Translations under genes and position numbers: made by a program
Shown here: positions 10,372 to 20,596 of the stretch, piece after piece
Layout of the letters: each line of letters begins with the position of its first letter
Numbering within the stretch: position 1 is the stretch's first letter
Notes under the pieces: generated by a model
Database searches by the model: none
What the model saw: only the letters and a program-made list of their open reading frames with translations
Told to the model about the DNA's origin: nothing
DNA from: Desulfobacterales bacterium
GTDB lineage: Bacteria; Desulfobacterota; Desulfobacteria; Desulfobacterales; UBA5852
Direction: 5' to 3'
DNA length: 64,000 nucleotides
Assembly: GCA_963674755.2 (NCBI GenBank)
Contig: CAXXVS010000003.1
Location: forward strand, 800,001 to 864,000

Positions 10372-11688
10372 TTACAAGTCAGAACGCGACAGATCGGCCG
10401 GTTCCTCTTGGGGGGCCAGCGGCAACCGGATCGTAAATGTGGTGCCCTGGTCCGGCGCACTTCGGACATCGATGCTTCCATCGTGGATTTCGATAATGCG
10501 GTAGGCGATGGACAAACCCAGGCCTGTTCCGTGGCCGACATCCCTGGTGGTGAAAAAGGGATTGAAGATATTGGGGAGGACGTCTTCCGGGATCCCGGCG
10601 CCATCATCGGCAATTTCTATATTGATGCGGTCATTTTCAAGATAGCACTTCACGATGACAGTGCCGCCGCCATCGATGGCCTGGACGGCGTTTATGAGCA
10701 GGCTCAGGAACATCTGAATCAATTGCTGGGAATCGGCGTGTAGCAATGGCACGTCGTCAAAGGCCTTGACGATGTGGCCGTTTTTACGCGCGATCTCGTC
10801 TTGTATCAGATTCAGCGCGGACTCGAGCAGTTCGTTCGGGTCGACCGGGTGCCGGTCGTCGTTGGCGGTATTGGCGAAGGTCATCAGGCTGGAAACGATG
10901 GATTTGATACGCTGCATGCCCTGTAAAGAATCCTCAATGACTTCCGGCAGTTCATTCCTCAGGTAGGCATAGTCCTCGTTTCTGACGACGTTGCAGACCT
11001 CCTCCTCTATGTTTTGGGCGGGGCAATGGTCTCCCGGCGACTCGCAGACGATGAGCTTTTCCAGTGCATCGATGAGGGTGAAGAATTCGAGGACATAGTC
11101 CCGCATGGTGCCCAGATTGCTCAAGACAAATCCGGCGGGGTTGTTGATCTCATGGGCCACACCGGCCGCCAGCTGGCCGATGCCCGCCAGTTTTTCCGCG
11201 CGGACAAGCTGCCCCTGTGTCTGCCTCAGCTGTTCCATCGCGGTCCGCAGGTCGTCAAAGGCCTGCTCGCGGTCCTCTACGTTGCGGCACAATTCGATTC
11301 CTGCGACAATTTCGCCCTGGTCGTTCCGCAATACCGAAGCGATGTTTTCAAAGCGGAAAGGGATTCCCTCTTTGGTGACCCCCACGCGTAAGGCCTTGGT
11401 CGCCTGGCCGGTCCGGTACGCCTCGATGATTGGGCAGCCGTCGCAGGCTGTATCGCGCTTTTCATATATGCTGTAACAATAGTCGCCGATATGTGATCCG
11501 AAATTGTCGATCATAAACTTGTTCTGATAAACGATGCGCATGCTCCGATCCTGTATGCTGAGCCCATCGCCCATTGAGGCCGTAATATTGTCCAGCATGC
11601 CGGGGGTGTTGGTCAGTAATTTCCTGACCGCCTTAAAAGAGTCATCAAATTGGGGTGTACCCGGCGAATTTTCAGTCTTTTTTCCCAT
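10372..11688 (-). CDS. PAS-domain sensor histidine kinase (NtrB-like)
   Basis: YCY...CDGCP PAS variant, [34 protein letters not shown]. Confidence 0.92.
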   Translation of the reverse strand: MGKKTENSPGTPQFDDSFKAVRKLLTNTPGMLDNITASMGDGLSIQDRSMRIVYQNKFMIDNFGSHIGDYCYSIYEKRDTACDGCPIIEAYRTGQATKALRVGVTKEGIPFRFENIASVLRNDQGEIVAGIELCRNVEDREQAFDDLRTAMEQLRQTQGQLVRAEKLAGIGQLAAGVAHEINNPAGFVLSNLGTMRDYVLEFFTLIDALEKLIVCESPGDHCPAQNIEEEVCNVVRNEDYAYLRNELPEVIEDSLQGMQRIKSIVSSLMTFANTANDDRHPVDPNELLESALNLIQDEIARKNGHIVKAFDDVPLLHADSQQLIQMFLSLLINAVQAIDGGGTVIVKCYLENDRINIEIADDGAGIPEDVLPNIFNPFFTTRDVGHGTGLGLSIAYRIIEIHDGSIDVRSAPDQGTTFTIRLPLAPQEEPADLSRSDL

Positions 11689-12047
11689 GGTTCTGCCCTC
11701 GGTTTACCGATTATGAAAGGACACGGATTCATATTTCGCGAGCGGTCTATCCCATCTATCGGCCTTCTTTAAAAAACCTCAAGGCATGGTTTTCCGAAAA
11801 TTCCGGGCAGGACCATATTCCGATGGGAGGCTTCCCCCGGATGCTATTGAAAACGCCATATTTCTAGGATGTTATTGTGGTGCGAATAAATGGGGAGGCG
11901 TTTTTGAAAAACGGGGTTATTCAGGCTGTATCATGGTGTTAGCCTCTCATGGGGCAAAGCATCGTCGTGATGCGTTCCACCGAATTGGTTGGCGGGTGGA
12001 ATCCACTTCCTGGCGCACCGCTCGAACGCATCGCCCTCAAGGCCGGG

Positions 12048-13724
12048 TTATGGGAACGGGCGGTTGTGGGTGGCCAGCAGATCGTTGTGGCTTACAATGC
12101 CGACCAGCCGGCGCGGGTTCACTTTATCCACCACCAGCAGGTGGGTTTCCTGGGGATGGTCGGCCAGGGCGCGCACGGCCGTTTTGACGGTATCTTCCGG
12201 GGTCAGGGACAGAAAGGCATCGGTGGCAAGCTCGGCCGCCACCACCAGATCCCGCAGGCAGGGATCGAACACCGTGCCGGTGATATCGGCGTATTTGATG
12301 ACCCCCACCAGCTCGTTGCGATCGTTGACCACCGGCATCCGGTCATAGCGGGAATGGCTGAGGGCCCTCACCACCTCGTTGAAAGGGGCCCGGTGGGAGA
12401 GGGCCGGCACATGGCGCCGCATGATGTGGGCGACGTGAAGATCTTCCGGCAATTGGCCGCCGCCCGCCAGCGGTGAAATGCCCAGCGCTTTCCGGAACTG
12501 GTTGATCACCAGGCGCAACCCGCCTGCGAAGCTGACCGGGCTGCGGTGTTCCAAGAGGTTCAACACGGTCACTTCGCCGGCATTGACCAGGGCCGCCCGG
12601 GTCAGCAGGGGCCCCACCAGTTCGAAAACCACCACCGAGGCCAGAATCACCGTCTGCAGCACCTGTCCCGGACCGGGCCATTGCGCGGCCAGGACATTGG
12701 CCAGCCCGATGGCCAGACCGGCCTGGGCCAGCATGGCCGGCCCGAGCCAGGTCTTCAGGGTGGTGCTCATACCGGCCGCCCGGGCCCCCAGGCGGCATCC
12801 GACCCATTTGCCGGTCGCCCGGGCCGCCACGTAGACCATCCCGATAAGGCCCATCCGGGTCAGGGCTTCGAGATGCAGTTCGGCGCCGGCCATGATGAAG
12901 AAAAACACATAGAACGGGTAATCGATGGCCGTGAGGTCCTGCAGGATCTGGTCCTCCCGGGCCCCGGCATTCACGGCAAGGGTACCGGCCACCAATACCG
13001 CCAGCATGGCGGACAGCTCGAAGTGCGAGGCCAGGCCGGTGGTCAGGGCGACGGCCCCCAGCACGAGCATCTGCCGCTCGACCTTTCGGGTCAGACGCTG
13101 GTCCATGACGGCGATGAAAAGACCTGTGAGCCCTCCCAGACCGAAGGGTGCCAAGATGCGAACCGCGGTTGCCGGCAGGGACGGGGCCCTGGACAGCCCG
13201 TAGTGCTCCAGCAGGATAAAGGCGATGATCGCGATCAGATTGTTGATCCCGATGAGGGGAAGGGCGGTGTCGGTCAGGGCCCCCTCCGAGCGGTACTCCC
13301 GCATCACCATCTGGGTGGCGGCCGGGGCGGTGGTGGTCGCGATTACGGCCAGGAAGCCGGCTTCCAGCGGCGAAGCCCCCATCCAAAAGGTGCCGAAGCC
13401 GGCCAGAAGCGCGCTGGCGCCCATTTCGAGGGCGCTGATGCGAAACAGTTTCGATCCGATTTTACGGATGGCCTGGAACCGGAAACTGCCACCGATGGTA
13501 AAGACGATGAGCCCCAGGATGATATCATGCAGCGCGGTCAGGGAGGCGAGCTGGGTCTGGGTGATGACGGCGGGCAGGTGCAGGAGCCGGCCCATGGATG
13601 GTCCGGCCAGCAGACCGACGACCAAATAGCCGGTCACCCGGGGGATGCCCATGGCGGCGCTCACCCGGCCGGCGCCGATGGCCAGCAAATAGAGAACCCC
13701 TATGGTGAACAGCGTGGGCATCAT
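12048..13724 (-). CDS. Cation:proton antiporter (CPA2/Kef-like) with C-terminal CBS pair
   Basis: Many TM helices, IPRVTGYLVVGLL, TTAPAAT, QAGLAIGLA, ELVGPL; CBS motifs MPVVNDRNELVGVI and RLVGIVSHNDLL. Confidence 0.88.
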   Translation of the reverse strand: MMPTLFTIGVLYLLAIGAGRVSAAMGIPRVTGYLVVGLLAGPSMGRLLHLPAVITQTQLASLTALHDIILGLIVFTIGGSFRFQAIRKIGSKLFRISALEMGASALLAGFGTFWMGASPLEAGFLAVIATTTAPAATQMVMREYRSEGALTDTALPLIGINNLIAIIAFILLEHYGLSRAPSLPATAVRILAPFGLGGLTGLFIAVMDQRLTRKVERQMLVLGAVALTTGLASHFELSAMLAVLVAGTLAVNAGAREDQILQDLTAIDYPFYVFFFIMAGAELHLEALTRMGLIGMVYVAARATGKWVGCRLGARAAGMSTTLKTWLGPAMLAQAGLAIGLANVLAAQWPGPGQVLQTVILASVVVFELVGPLLTRAALVNAGEVTVLNLLEHRSPVSFAGGLRLVINQFRKALGISPLAGGGQLPEDLHVAHIMRRHVPALSHRAPFNEVVRALSHSRYDRMPVVNDRNELVGVIKYADITGTVFDPCLRDLVVAAELATDAFLSLTPEDTVKTAVRALADHPQETHLLVVDKVNPRRLVGIVSHNDLLATHNRPFP

Positions 13725-13965
13725 ATGGATATCCGCCGCGCAAGGAATTAATGCTCAAGCAAAGCCCTGCTGCCGGCTCGATGACGTCTTAAACGGGCCG
13801 GGACGTATAAAAATTAAGTAAATACATCAAATCGATCGATTTTTCCCGCTAAAACCGCTTTTGGAAGGGTGTTTTTCCATAGTTGGGCTTTGCCTACGGG
13901 TAACAAGGGCGGTAAGATACGGGACCTATTGTTATGTGACATGAGAATTCGCTATCCGAAGGAAG

Positions 13966-14262
13966 ATGAGGATGAACGCCGCAATATGCAAAAGCGATCT
14001 TAGAGAGCTGCCGAATATCGGTGCGGAAACCGCCAGGCTGCTTATTGAAGCCGGGATTCGTTCGGCAGAGGAATTGCGGCAGATGGGCGCGGTTGCCGCC
14101 GCGGCCCGGATCGGGGCGATACGACCGGATGATCCGCCCTGCCGCAGCATGCTGGCCGGTCTGGAAGGCGCCATCCGGGGCGTCCGTTGGCATATCATCC
14201 CCCAAGAGGAGCGCGAGGTCCTATGGCAGGCCTACCAGGCCTGTGCGGCAGGGGGCCCTTGA
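13966..14262 (+). CDS. TfoX/Sxy C-terminal domain protein
   Basis: DLRELPNIG...LIEAGIRSAEELRQMGA...LEGAIRGVRWH. Confidence 0.85.
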   Translation: MRMNAAICKSDLRELPNIGAETARLLIEAGIRSAEELRQMGAVAAAARIGAIRPDDPPCRSMLAGLEGAIRGVRWHIIPQEEREVLWQAYQACAAGGP

Positions 14263-14333
14263 CCGCCGAATCGAGCACCGACCTGATAGGCCAGGGCCGC
14301 GGCCGGGCATGCGGTCCATGTGAATGAGGGCCA

Positions 14334-14840
14334 TTGATGAAGATGTTCAGGAGCAGGCGTTTTTCCTATTTTTGCATGGCGCTACCCTTATGGCTGATGT
14401 CCTGTTGCGACGCACCCCTGGAGCAATACACGCCCCGCAATTCCGATGAAAAGCAAATCCTGGCGGTGCTCGTTCAATATCAGGATGCCAAGAACCGGTT
14501 GAACCTTGGAAGCTTGTTGCCCCTGCTGGACGAAAAGGGGGAATTTACGTTTCAATGCGGGATGATGGTGTCCAAAGCCAGATTAGAAGCGATGCTGCCA
14601 GCCTTCTGGGCCGAACTGAAGTCCGGCAATACGGCTGTCATTCCCCTCGTTCACGAATGTATCAACGGAGATTACTACACGACGGGCAGGCTTAATAACC
14701 TCCGCATCGCGATCCATGACGATCAGGCCCGGGCGACAGTTTTGTTTACCAAAGGCGTTTGCCGGGTGATGTTCTACGTGACGATGCGTCGCGCCGGCGC
14801 AGGATGGCTGATCACCCAAACGGAATGGGGCCAAAGCTGA
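14334..14840 (+). CDS. Putative lipoprotein, NTF2-like fold
   Basis: Lipobox-like LMSC after hydrophobic stretch; C-terminal ...MRRAGAGWLITQTEW. Confidence 0.55.
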   Translation: MMKMFRSRRFSYFCMALPLWLMSCCDAPLEQYTPRNSDEKQILAVLVQYQDAKNRLNLGSLLPLLDEKGEFTFQCGMMVSKARLEAMLPAFWAELKSGNTAVIPLVHECINGDYYTTGRLNNLRIAIHDDQARATVLFTKGVCRVMFYVTMRRAGAGWLITQTEWGQS

Positions 14841-14844
14841 ACCG

Positions 14845-15351
14845 ATGCATATGAAGGATCCCAGACTCTACATTCTTTCAGGTCTGCCCGGCACCGGCAA
14901 GACCACGATAGCCCGGCGGATGGCACGGCAGCTCAGGGCCATGCATTTGCGCATCGACACGATCGAACAAGGGCTGCGGGAGCTGTGCCGTTTGGAAGTT
15001 GCAGGCGAGGGCTACCGCCTGGCCTATCGCATTGCAAAGGACAACCTGCGCTTGGGGCTGAGCGTCATTGCGGATTCGGTCAATCCCTGGACGCTGACCC
15101 GGGAGGAGTGGCAGGTGGTGGCCCGCGATGTCGGTGCCGCCTTTGTCAATATCGAAATGATCTGCAGCGACAAGAGCGAACATCGCCGTCGCATCGAGGC
15201 GCGGGAATCCGATATCCCGGGTCTTGAGCTGCCCGCCTGGAAAGACGTCATCGGCAGGGATTACCACGAATGGGAAGCCGAGCGGGTCTGCCTGGATACG
15301 GCCGGCAAGTCCATCGAGGACGCTTTTAGCGAATTGCTGCGATTACTCTAA
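14845..15351 (+). CDS. AAA_33-type P-loop kinase/ATPase
   Basis: Walker A SGLPGTGKTT, LRIDTIEQ, SVIADSVNP. Confidence 0.85.
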   Translation: MHMKDPRLYILSGLPGTGKTTIARRMARQLRAMHLRIDTIEQGLRELCRLEVAGEGYRLAYRIAKDNLRLGLSVIADSVNPWTLTREEWQVVARDVGAAFVNIEMICSDKSEHRRRIEARESDIPGLELPAWKDVIGRDYHEWEAERVCLDTAGKSIEDAFSELLRLL

Positions 15352-15371
15352 CGAAATAGGAACGCATTCTT

Positions 15372-15611
15372 CCATTTTGGGGTAAAGGCATCATGACCCA
15401 AGCGGTTAAGCAGCCAACGGATTATGGAATTCGTGCGTTAAGGCTCCATCGGATTTACGCTGAGCCGTATGCTACCAACCATGCGTCCATGAGGGTATTG
15501 GAGAAAGCGGGTTTTCAATGCGAAGGCACCCTTCGCGCCAATGCGTTTAAGGACGGGCAAGTGTGCGATCAGTATCTTTACAGTACCATTGCAGAAAAGG
15601 GAAACGACTAA
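15372..15611 (+). pseudogene. 5'-truncated RimJ/RimL-type GNAT acetyltransferase remnant
   Basis: Only the C-terminal half is present: PFWGKGIMTQAV...LHRIYAEPYATNHASMRVLEKAGFQCEG; no room for the N-terminal half after the upstream stop at 15351. Confidence 0.75.
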
Positions 15612-17219
15612 TTGGAATCCTCGAACGACAATCATGGATCTTCAAAGGGAACGACGCCTCTCCGCCCCGAGCTGGCGGAATTGCAACAGCGGCTGTCCTT
15701 TGGCATGGACGCCCAACGACCCGAGGCGGTGGCCCGTCGCCGGCGGAAAAGCCAGCGCACGGCACGGGAAAACCTGGCGGATCTTATGGATGAGGGCAGT
15801 TTCATCGAATACGGGGCGCTCACCATCGCGGCCCAGCGCAGCCGGCGGCCCGTGGAGGATCTCATCGCCAAAACGCCGGCGGACGGCCTGATCACGGGCA
15901 TCGGAACCGTCAACGCCTCGCATTTCGAGGAAAACGCGGCCCGCTGCATGGTCATGTCCTACGATTATACGGTGCTGGCCGGCACCCAGGGCTATTTCAA
16001 CCATAAGAAAATGGACCGGCTCCTGGGCCTGGCCAACGAGCAGCGTCTGCCCCTGGTCCTTTTGGCCGAGGGAGGTGGCGGACGGCCCGGGGATATCGAT
16101 GCCGAGGGGGTCGCGATTGCCGGCCTCGATTTGCCGACCTTCGGTCTGTTCGCCCGGCTGAGTGGCCGGGTTCCCCTGGTGGGCGTCGTGTCCGGTTATT
16201 GTTTTGCAGGGAATGCGGCCCTCCTGGGCTGCTGCGACGTGATTATCGCCACCCGCCATACCAACATCGGCATGGGCGGTCCGGTCATGATCGAGGGCGG
16301 GGGGCTGGGCAGCTTTGCACCGGAAGAAATCGGCCCCATCGATGTACAGTCCCACAACGGTGTGGTGGACATCACCGTGGAAGATGAAGCGGCGGCGGTG
16401 GCCGTCGCCAAGCAGTACCTCTCCTATTTCCAGGGGAATACGACGGAATGGAGCGCCGCGGATCAAATCCGGCTGCGCGATCTGATTCCCGAAAACCGGC
16501 GCCGGGCCTATGACGTCCGCCAAATCATCGAAACGATGGCCGACCGGAATTCGTTTCTCGAACTGCGGCCTGAATTCGGCCTGGGGATGATTACGGGACT
16601 GGTGCGGATCGAAGGGGTGCCTTTCGGCCTCATGGCCAACAATTGTCAGCACATGGCGGGCACCATCGAGGCCGACGACGGCGACAAGGCCGCCCATTTC
16701 ATGCAGCTTTGCAACGCCCACGGCCTGCCGCTGATCTCCCTCATCGACACTCCGGGGTTCATGGTTGGCCCGGAGATCGAACAGCAGGCGCAAGTGCGTC
16801 ATGTCTGCCGGATGTTCATCACCGGATCCCATCTGCGGGTGCCGGTGTTCAGCATCGTCCTGCGCCGCGGGTATGGCCTGGGGGCCATGGCCATGGCGCG
16901 CGGCGGGTTCCACGAATCCTTTTTCACCGCCGCCTGGCCGACCGGCGAGTTCGGCGGCATGGGGATCGAGGGCGCCGTCAAGGCGGGGTTCAAAAAGGAA
17001 CTGGCGGCCATCGAAGATCCGGCCGAGCGCGAAAAAGTCTACGAGGACATGGTGGCCCAGGGCTATGAGCGGGGCAAGGCCATCAACATGGCGTCCTACA
17101 TGGAGATCGATGCCGTCATCGATCCGGCCGACACCCGCCAGTGGATCCTGCGCGGCTGGCAAGCGCGTCCGCCCAAATCAGGTGAAGCAACATTTTTGCC
17201 GTTTGTGGACAGTTGGTAA
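15612..17219 (+). CDS. Acyl-CoA carboxylase carboxyltransferase subunit
   Basis: QRTARENL, YDYTVLAGTQG, AEGGGGRPGD, GMGGPVMIEGGG, LIDTPGFMVG, IDAVIDPADTR; TTG start with AAAGGGA RBS. Confidence 0.9.
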   Translation: MESSNDNHGSSKGTTPLRPELAELQQRLSFGMDAQRPEAVARRRRKSQRTARENLADLMDEGSFIEYGALTIAAQRSRRPVEDLIAKTPADGLITGIGTVNASHFEENAARCMVMSYDYTVLAGTQGYFNHKKMDRLLGLANEQRLPLVLLAEGGGGRPGDIDAEGVAIAGLDLPTFGLFARLSGRVPLVGVVSGYCFAGNAALLGCCDVIIATRHTNIGMGGPVMIEGGGLGSFAPEEIGPIDVQSHNGVVDITVEDEAAAVAVAKQYLSYFQGNTTEWSAADQIRLRDLIPENRRRAYDVRQIIETMADRNSFLELRPEFGLGMITGLVRIEGVPFGLMANNCQHMAGTIEADDGDKAAHFMQLCNAHGLPLISLIDTPGFMVGPEIEQQAQVRHVCRMFITGSHLRVPVFSIVLRRGYGLGAMAMARGGFHESFFTAAWPTGEFGGMGIEGAVKAGFKKELAAIEDPAEREKVYEDMVAQGYERGKAINMASYMEIDAVIDPADTRQWILRGWQARPPKSGEATFLPFVDSW

Positions 17220-17220
17220 A

Positions 17221-17248
17221 TAGAAGCTGATCGTATGATCAGCTTCTA
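17221..17248 (+). terminator. 12-bp perfect inverted repeat directly after the carboxyltransferase stop
   Basis: TAGAAGCTGATC-GTAT-GATCAGCTTCTA. Confidence 0.55.
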
Positions 17249-17337
17249 AAACGAATGACCTGCGGATGCTGACCGCGATTCATCGCTGGTTCGGCGCGCA
17301 GCTTTCCGAGCAGGGCGCCGATGCCCGCGCGGAGTAA
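17248..17337 (+). pseudogene. C-terminal remnant of a conserved hypothetical protein
   Basis: Reads KTNDLRMLTAIHRWFGAQLSEQGADARAE-stop, like a recurring 'A(L/I)HxWFxAQLS(D/E)HGxDA' C-terminus (from memory); no N-terminal part present. Confidence 0.45.
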
Positions 17338-17418
17338 CCCGCACATCCCGGCAAGGTATCGCTGTCGCCGCGATTTCTGCAACCCTGATGAAAGGCCCAA
17401 TTTTTAGGAGATCCTTGC

Positions 17419-17835
17419 ATGGCATCGATTGCGCCAAGGCCGGACCAGCTTCAAGCGACGATCGTTAGCGTTCCCAAAGGAGTTCCGGTCGTCATGCTGA
17501 ATATGCTGAGGTTCAGGGAATTGGCAGCCTATCCTGATGGACGGCCAGCCATTTCAGGAAGAGCAGCCTATGCCAAATACAGCACCGAAGCTTCCAAACA
17601 GGTCGCGAAAGTCGGCGGAAGCCTTGTATGGATCGGGGACGCGCAGGGCTCCGTCATCGGGCCGCCGGATGAACAATGGGATCAAATTTTTCTGGTTCGC
17701 TATCCGTCCATCGAAATGTTCATCAGAATGATCAATAGCGCTGCCTATCAGGACATCGTCGTGCACCGCACGGCCGCCTTGAAGGATTCGCGCCTGATCG
17801 CGACCCTTGAAAAAGAAAATCCAAGCCCCCCTTAA
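17419..17835 (+). CDS. DUF1330-family (dimeric alpha/beta barrel) protein
   Basis: PVVMLNMLRFR...SGRAAYAKY...WDQIFLVRYPS...HRTAALKDSRL; AGGAG RBS. Confidence 0.8.
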   Translation: MASIAPRPDQLQATIVSVPKGVPVVMLNMLRFRELAAYPDGRPAISGRAAYAKYSTEASKQVAKVGGSLVWIGDAQGSVIGPPDEQWDQIFLVRYPSIEMFIRMINSAAYQDIVVHRTAALKDSRLIATLEKENPSPP

Positions 17836-17869
17836 TCACGATCGTCTGCAGGTCGCACGGCGGAGGCCG

Positions 17870-18895
17870 TCAGGCACCGGATTGAAAATCGACGACCAGT
17901 TTCCCGATGGTCGCGTGCGACTCCAACTGGGCATGGGCTTTTTTGAAATTGTCCGCAGTCAACCCAGACAAAACCTGGGTCACGGTGGGCTTCAAACGCC
18001 CCTGATCATACAGCTCGGCCAGTTCATTCAGGACATGGTGCTGGCGGATCATGTCCTCGGTTTGGAAGAGGGAGCGGGTATACATGAGCTCCCAGCTGAA
18101 AGAGACGCTTTTCTGGAAGAGCAGCGCCAGATTGACGTTCTTCTCGGACGGCACAATGCTGCAGATCCGGCCCTGGGGGGCGATCACCGCCCCCATGGCC
18201 TCCCAGTACTGATCCGTGCTCACAAAATTCAGGATATAATCCACGAGGGCATGTCCTCCCGCCCGCAGGTTCTCTTCGAGGCGGCGGTGGTCCACCACCC
18301 GGTCGGCGCCCAGTTGACGGCACCAGTCGGAAGATGCGGGGCGCGAGGCCGTGGCCACCACGGTCAGGGCGGTCAATTGTTTCAGCAATTGAATCGCCAT
18401 GGACCCGACGCCCCCGGCGCCGCCGATCACCAGAACGGTTTTGCCCCGCCCCTGCCCGGGCTTCAGCCCCAGCCGATCAAAAATGGCTTCCCAGGCCGTC
18501 AAGCCCGTGAGGGGCGCCGCCGCTGCTTCGGTAAAGGAAAGCGTGCGCGGTTTGCGGCCCACGATCCGGGCGTCGACCACCTGATATTCCGCGTTGCTGC
18601 CGGCGCGGTTGATATCCCCGGCGTAGAAAACCGCGTCGCCGGGACGGAAGAGCGTCACTTCTTCGCCGACCCGGGCCACGACCCCGGCCGCATCCCACCC
18701 CAATATTTTAGGGGATTCCAGTATCGTGTCAGGCGCACTTTGCTGCCGGACCTTGTAATCCACCGGGTTGACGGAGACCGCCTTGACCTGCACCAGGAGG
18801 TCTTGGGGGCCCGGGGTCGGTTGGGCGCATTCAAATTCGATAAAACTTTCCGAATCCTCGATGGGCAAAGAAGTTTTCAATCCAATCGCTTTCAT
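17870..18895 (-). CDS. Zinc-binding alcohol dehydrogenase family protein (quinone-oxidoreductase-like MDR)
   Basis: AVSVNPVDYK, LGWDAAGVV, GSNAEYQ, IGGAGGVGS, SWELMYTRS. Confidence 0.9.
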   Translation of the reverse strand: MKAIGLKTSLPIEDSESFIEFECAQPTPGPQDLLVQVKAVSVNPVDYKVRQQSAPDTILESPKILGWDAAGVVARVGEEVTLFRPGDAVFYAGDINRAGSNAEYQVVDARIVGRKPRTLSFTEAAAAPLTGLTAWEAIFDRLGLKPGQGRGKTVLVIGGAGGVGSMAIQLLKQLTALTVVATASRPASSDWCRQLGADRVVDHRRLEENLRAGGHALVDYILNFVSTDQYWEAMGAVIAPQGRICSIVPSEKNVNLALLFQKSVSFSWELMYTRSLFQTEDMIRQHHVLNELAELYDQGRLKPTVTQVLSGLTADNFKKAHAQLESHATIGKLVVDFQSGA

Positions 18896-19079
18896 CGGTT
18901 TAGTCCTTCTATTATGCTATTACGATAGAAATCATGGGTCATGTCTGGTATCTGAAAGGAATGCTAAACACGCGTTGCACGGAGCGCAATGCATGGACAC
19001 CCCATGCCGTTTGACCCGGACCGCCTGCCATCCGACGGAAACGAAGCGCAGGCCTAATGCGGAACGAGGATATCGGAAA

Positions 19080-19571
19080 TTGAGCGGAACCGAAGGGACC
19101 CTATTCTACCGCCCGCTGAAACCGGACGAGGGCGCCGACCTGGCCGCTTTCGTTCTGAAAGTCTTTACCGAATTCGTGGCGCCCCAATACGCGAGCGAAG
19201 GCGTCGCGGAGTTTAAGAAATTTATCGCACCCGATTTCATGGCGGAGCGTCTGGCGGCCGGGAATGTCGTTTGGATGGCTGTCAGCGGGTCGAAGACCGC
19301 CGGCGTCATCGAGATGCGGGAGAACCGCCATATCGCGCTGCTCTTCGTGGATGCGTCCAACCAGCGCCAGGGCATCGCTCGGGAACTCATCCGGCGGGCG
19401 GTGGCGGTGTGCCGGGAACGGGCCCCCGACCTTCATACCATCACCGTCAATGCCTCCCCCAACGCGGTTGCCGCTTACCGCCAACTGGGCTTCCAACCGG
19501 CCGGTGAAGAACAGACCGTCAACGGAATACGGTTCATCCCCATGGCGCGGATCCTTGACGGTGGCCATTGA
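19080..19571 (+). CDS. GNAT family N-acetyltransferase
   Basis: HIALLFVDASNQRQGIAR, TVNASPNAVAAYRQLGF, NGIRFIPM; TTG start after GAGGA. Confidence 0.85.
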   Translation: MSGTEGTLFYRPLKPDEGADLAAFVLKVFTEFVAPQYASEGVAEFKKFIAPDFMAERLAAGNVVWMAVSGSKTAGVIEMRENRHIALLFVDASNQRQGIARELIRRAVAVCRERAPDLHTITVNASPNAVAAYRQLGFQPAGEEQTVNGIRFIPMARILDGGH

Positions 19572-19674
19572 CGCTCTAACATGCGCACAGCCTGCCCTCT
19601 GAATGCCCCGGTCCAGCCGGGAAGGGCGGCTGGAGGCGGTTTCTATTACACCGACAGGCAAGGGAGCTGATGCC

Positions 19675-20571
19675 ATGTTCGAAGGCTTCGAAATACTGGA
19701 TATCGATACCGGCGGGGCCCGCATCCACGGCCGGCACGGTGGCAGCGGGCCCCCCCTGCTGCTGTTGCACGGCAACCCCATGACGCACGTCACCTGGCAC
19801 AGGCTCGCGCCGGCGCTGGCCCGGCACTTTCATGTGGTGGCCACGGATCTGCGCGGCTACGGGGATTCTTCGGCGCCCCCGGCGGGCGAGAACAACATCC
19901 ATTACGCCTTTCGCGCCATGGCCGAAGATCAGGTCCAAGTGATGCGGACCCTGGGTTATGAGCGCTTTTGTGTGGCGGGCCACGACCGCGGCGCGCGGAC
20001 GGGTCATCGAATGGCGCTGGATTTTCCTGATGCCGTTGAAAAGGTGGCCCTGATCGACATTCTGCCGAATCACTACATCTGGAACCATGTCAGCCGCGAA
20101 TGGGCCCGAAGCTCCTGGCACTGGGTCTTCATGGCCCAGCCCGAGGGCTTTCCGGAGCGCATGATGGGTTCGGTCCCGGCCGAGTGGTTCATGACCCACA
20201 AGCTGTCCAAGCCGGGCATCGGGCTGGATTTCATGGACCCGGCCGCCTTTGCCGAATATGTGCGCTGCTTCAACGAAAAGACCATCCGCGGCTCCTGCGC
20301 CGACTACCGGGCCTGCATTACCTGCGATCTCGAGATGGACACCGCCGATTTCGAGGCCGGCCACAAGGTCGAAGCGCCTGCCCTGGTGATCTGGGGCACC
20401 AAGAGCCATACCGGCAGGGTCTATGGGGATGTCCAGGAGGTATGGCGCCGCTATGCCCGCCAGGTGGAGGGGGGGCCGATCGACTGCGGACACTACGTCC
20501 AGGAGGAGGCGCCCCGGGAAACGCTGCAATGGTTATTGAAATTTTTCCGTAACGCAACGGACATTGATTGA
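19675..20571 (+). CDS. Alpha/beta hydrolase, fluoroacetate/haloacetate dehalogenase-like
   Basis: LLHGNP, DLRGYGDS, nucleophile elbow GHDRGAR, WHW, DYRA, CGHYVQEEAP. Confidence 0.85.
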   Translation: MFEGFEILDIDTGGARIHGRHGGSGPPLLLLHGNPMTHVTWHRLAPALARHFHVVATDLRGYGDSSAPPAGENNIHYAFRAMAEDQVQVMRTLGYERFCVAGHDRGARTGHRMALDFPDAVEKVALIDILPNHYIWNHVSREWARSSWHWVFMAQPEGFPERMMGSVPAEWFMTHKLSKPGIGLDFMDPAAFAEYVRCFNEKTIRGSCADYRACITCDLEMDTADFEAGHKVEAPALVIWGTKSHTGRVYGDVQEVWRRYARQVEGGPIDCGHYVQEEAPRETLQWLLKFFRNATDID

Positions 20572-20596
20572 TAAGATTGCATGATCGGAGGCAACC

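Noticed and set aside
15345..15410. Possible attC site (CTCTAAC ... GTTAAGC)
   Set aside because: No convincing internal complementary boxes, the GTT lies inside the GNAT remnant, and there is no integrase.
19572..19675. Fluoride riboswitch upstream of the dehalogenase-like gene
   Set aside because: GCTGATG is present, but the conserved 5' GGNGATGG element and pseudoknot pairing are not.
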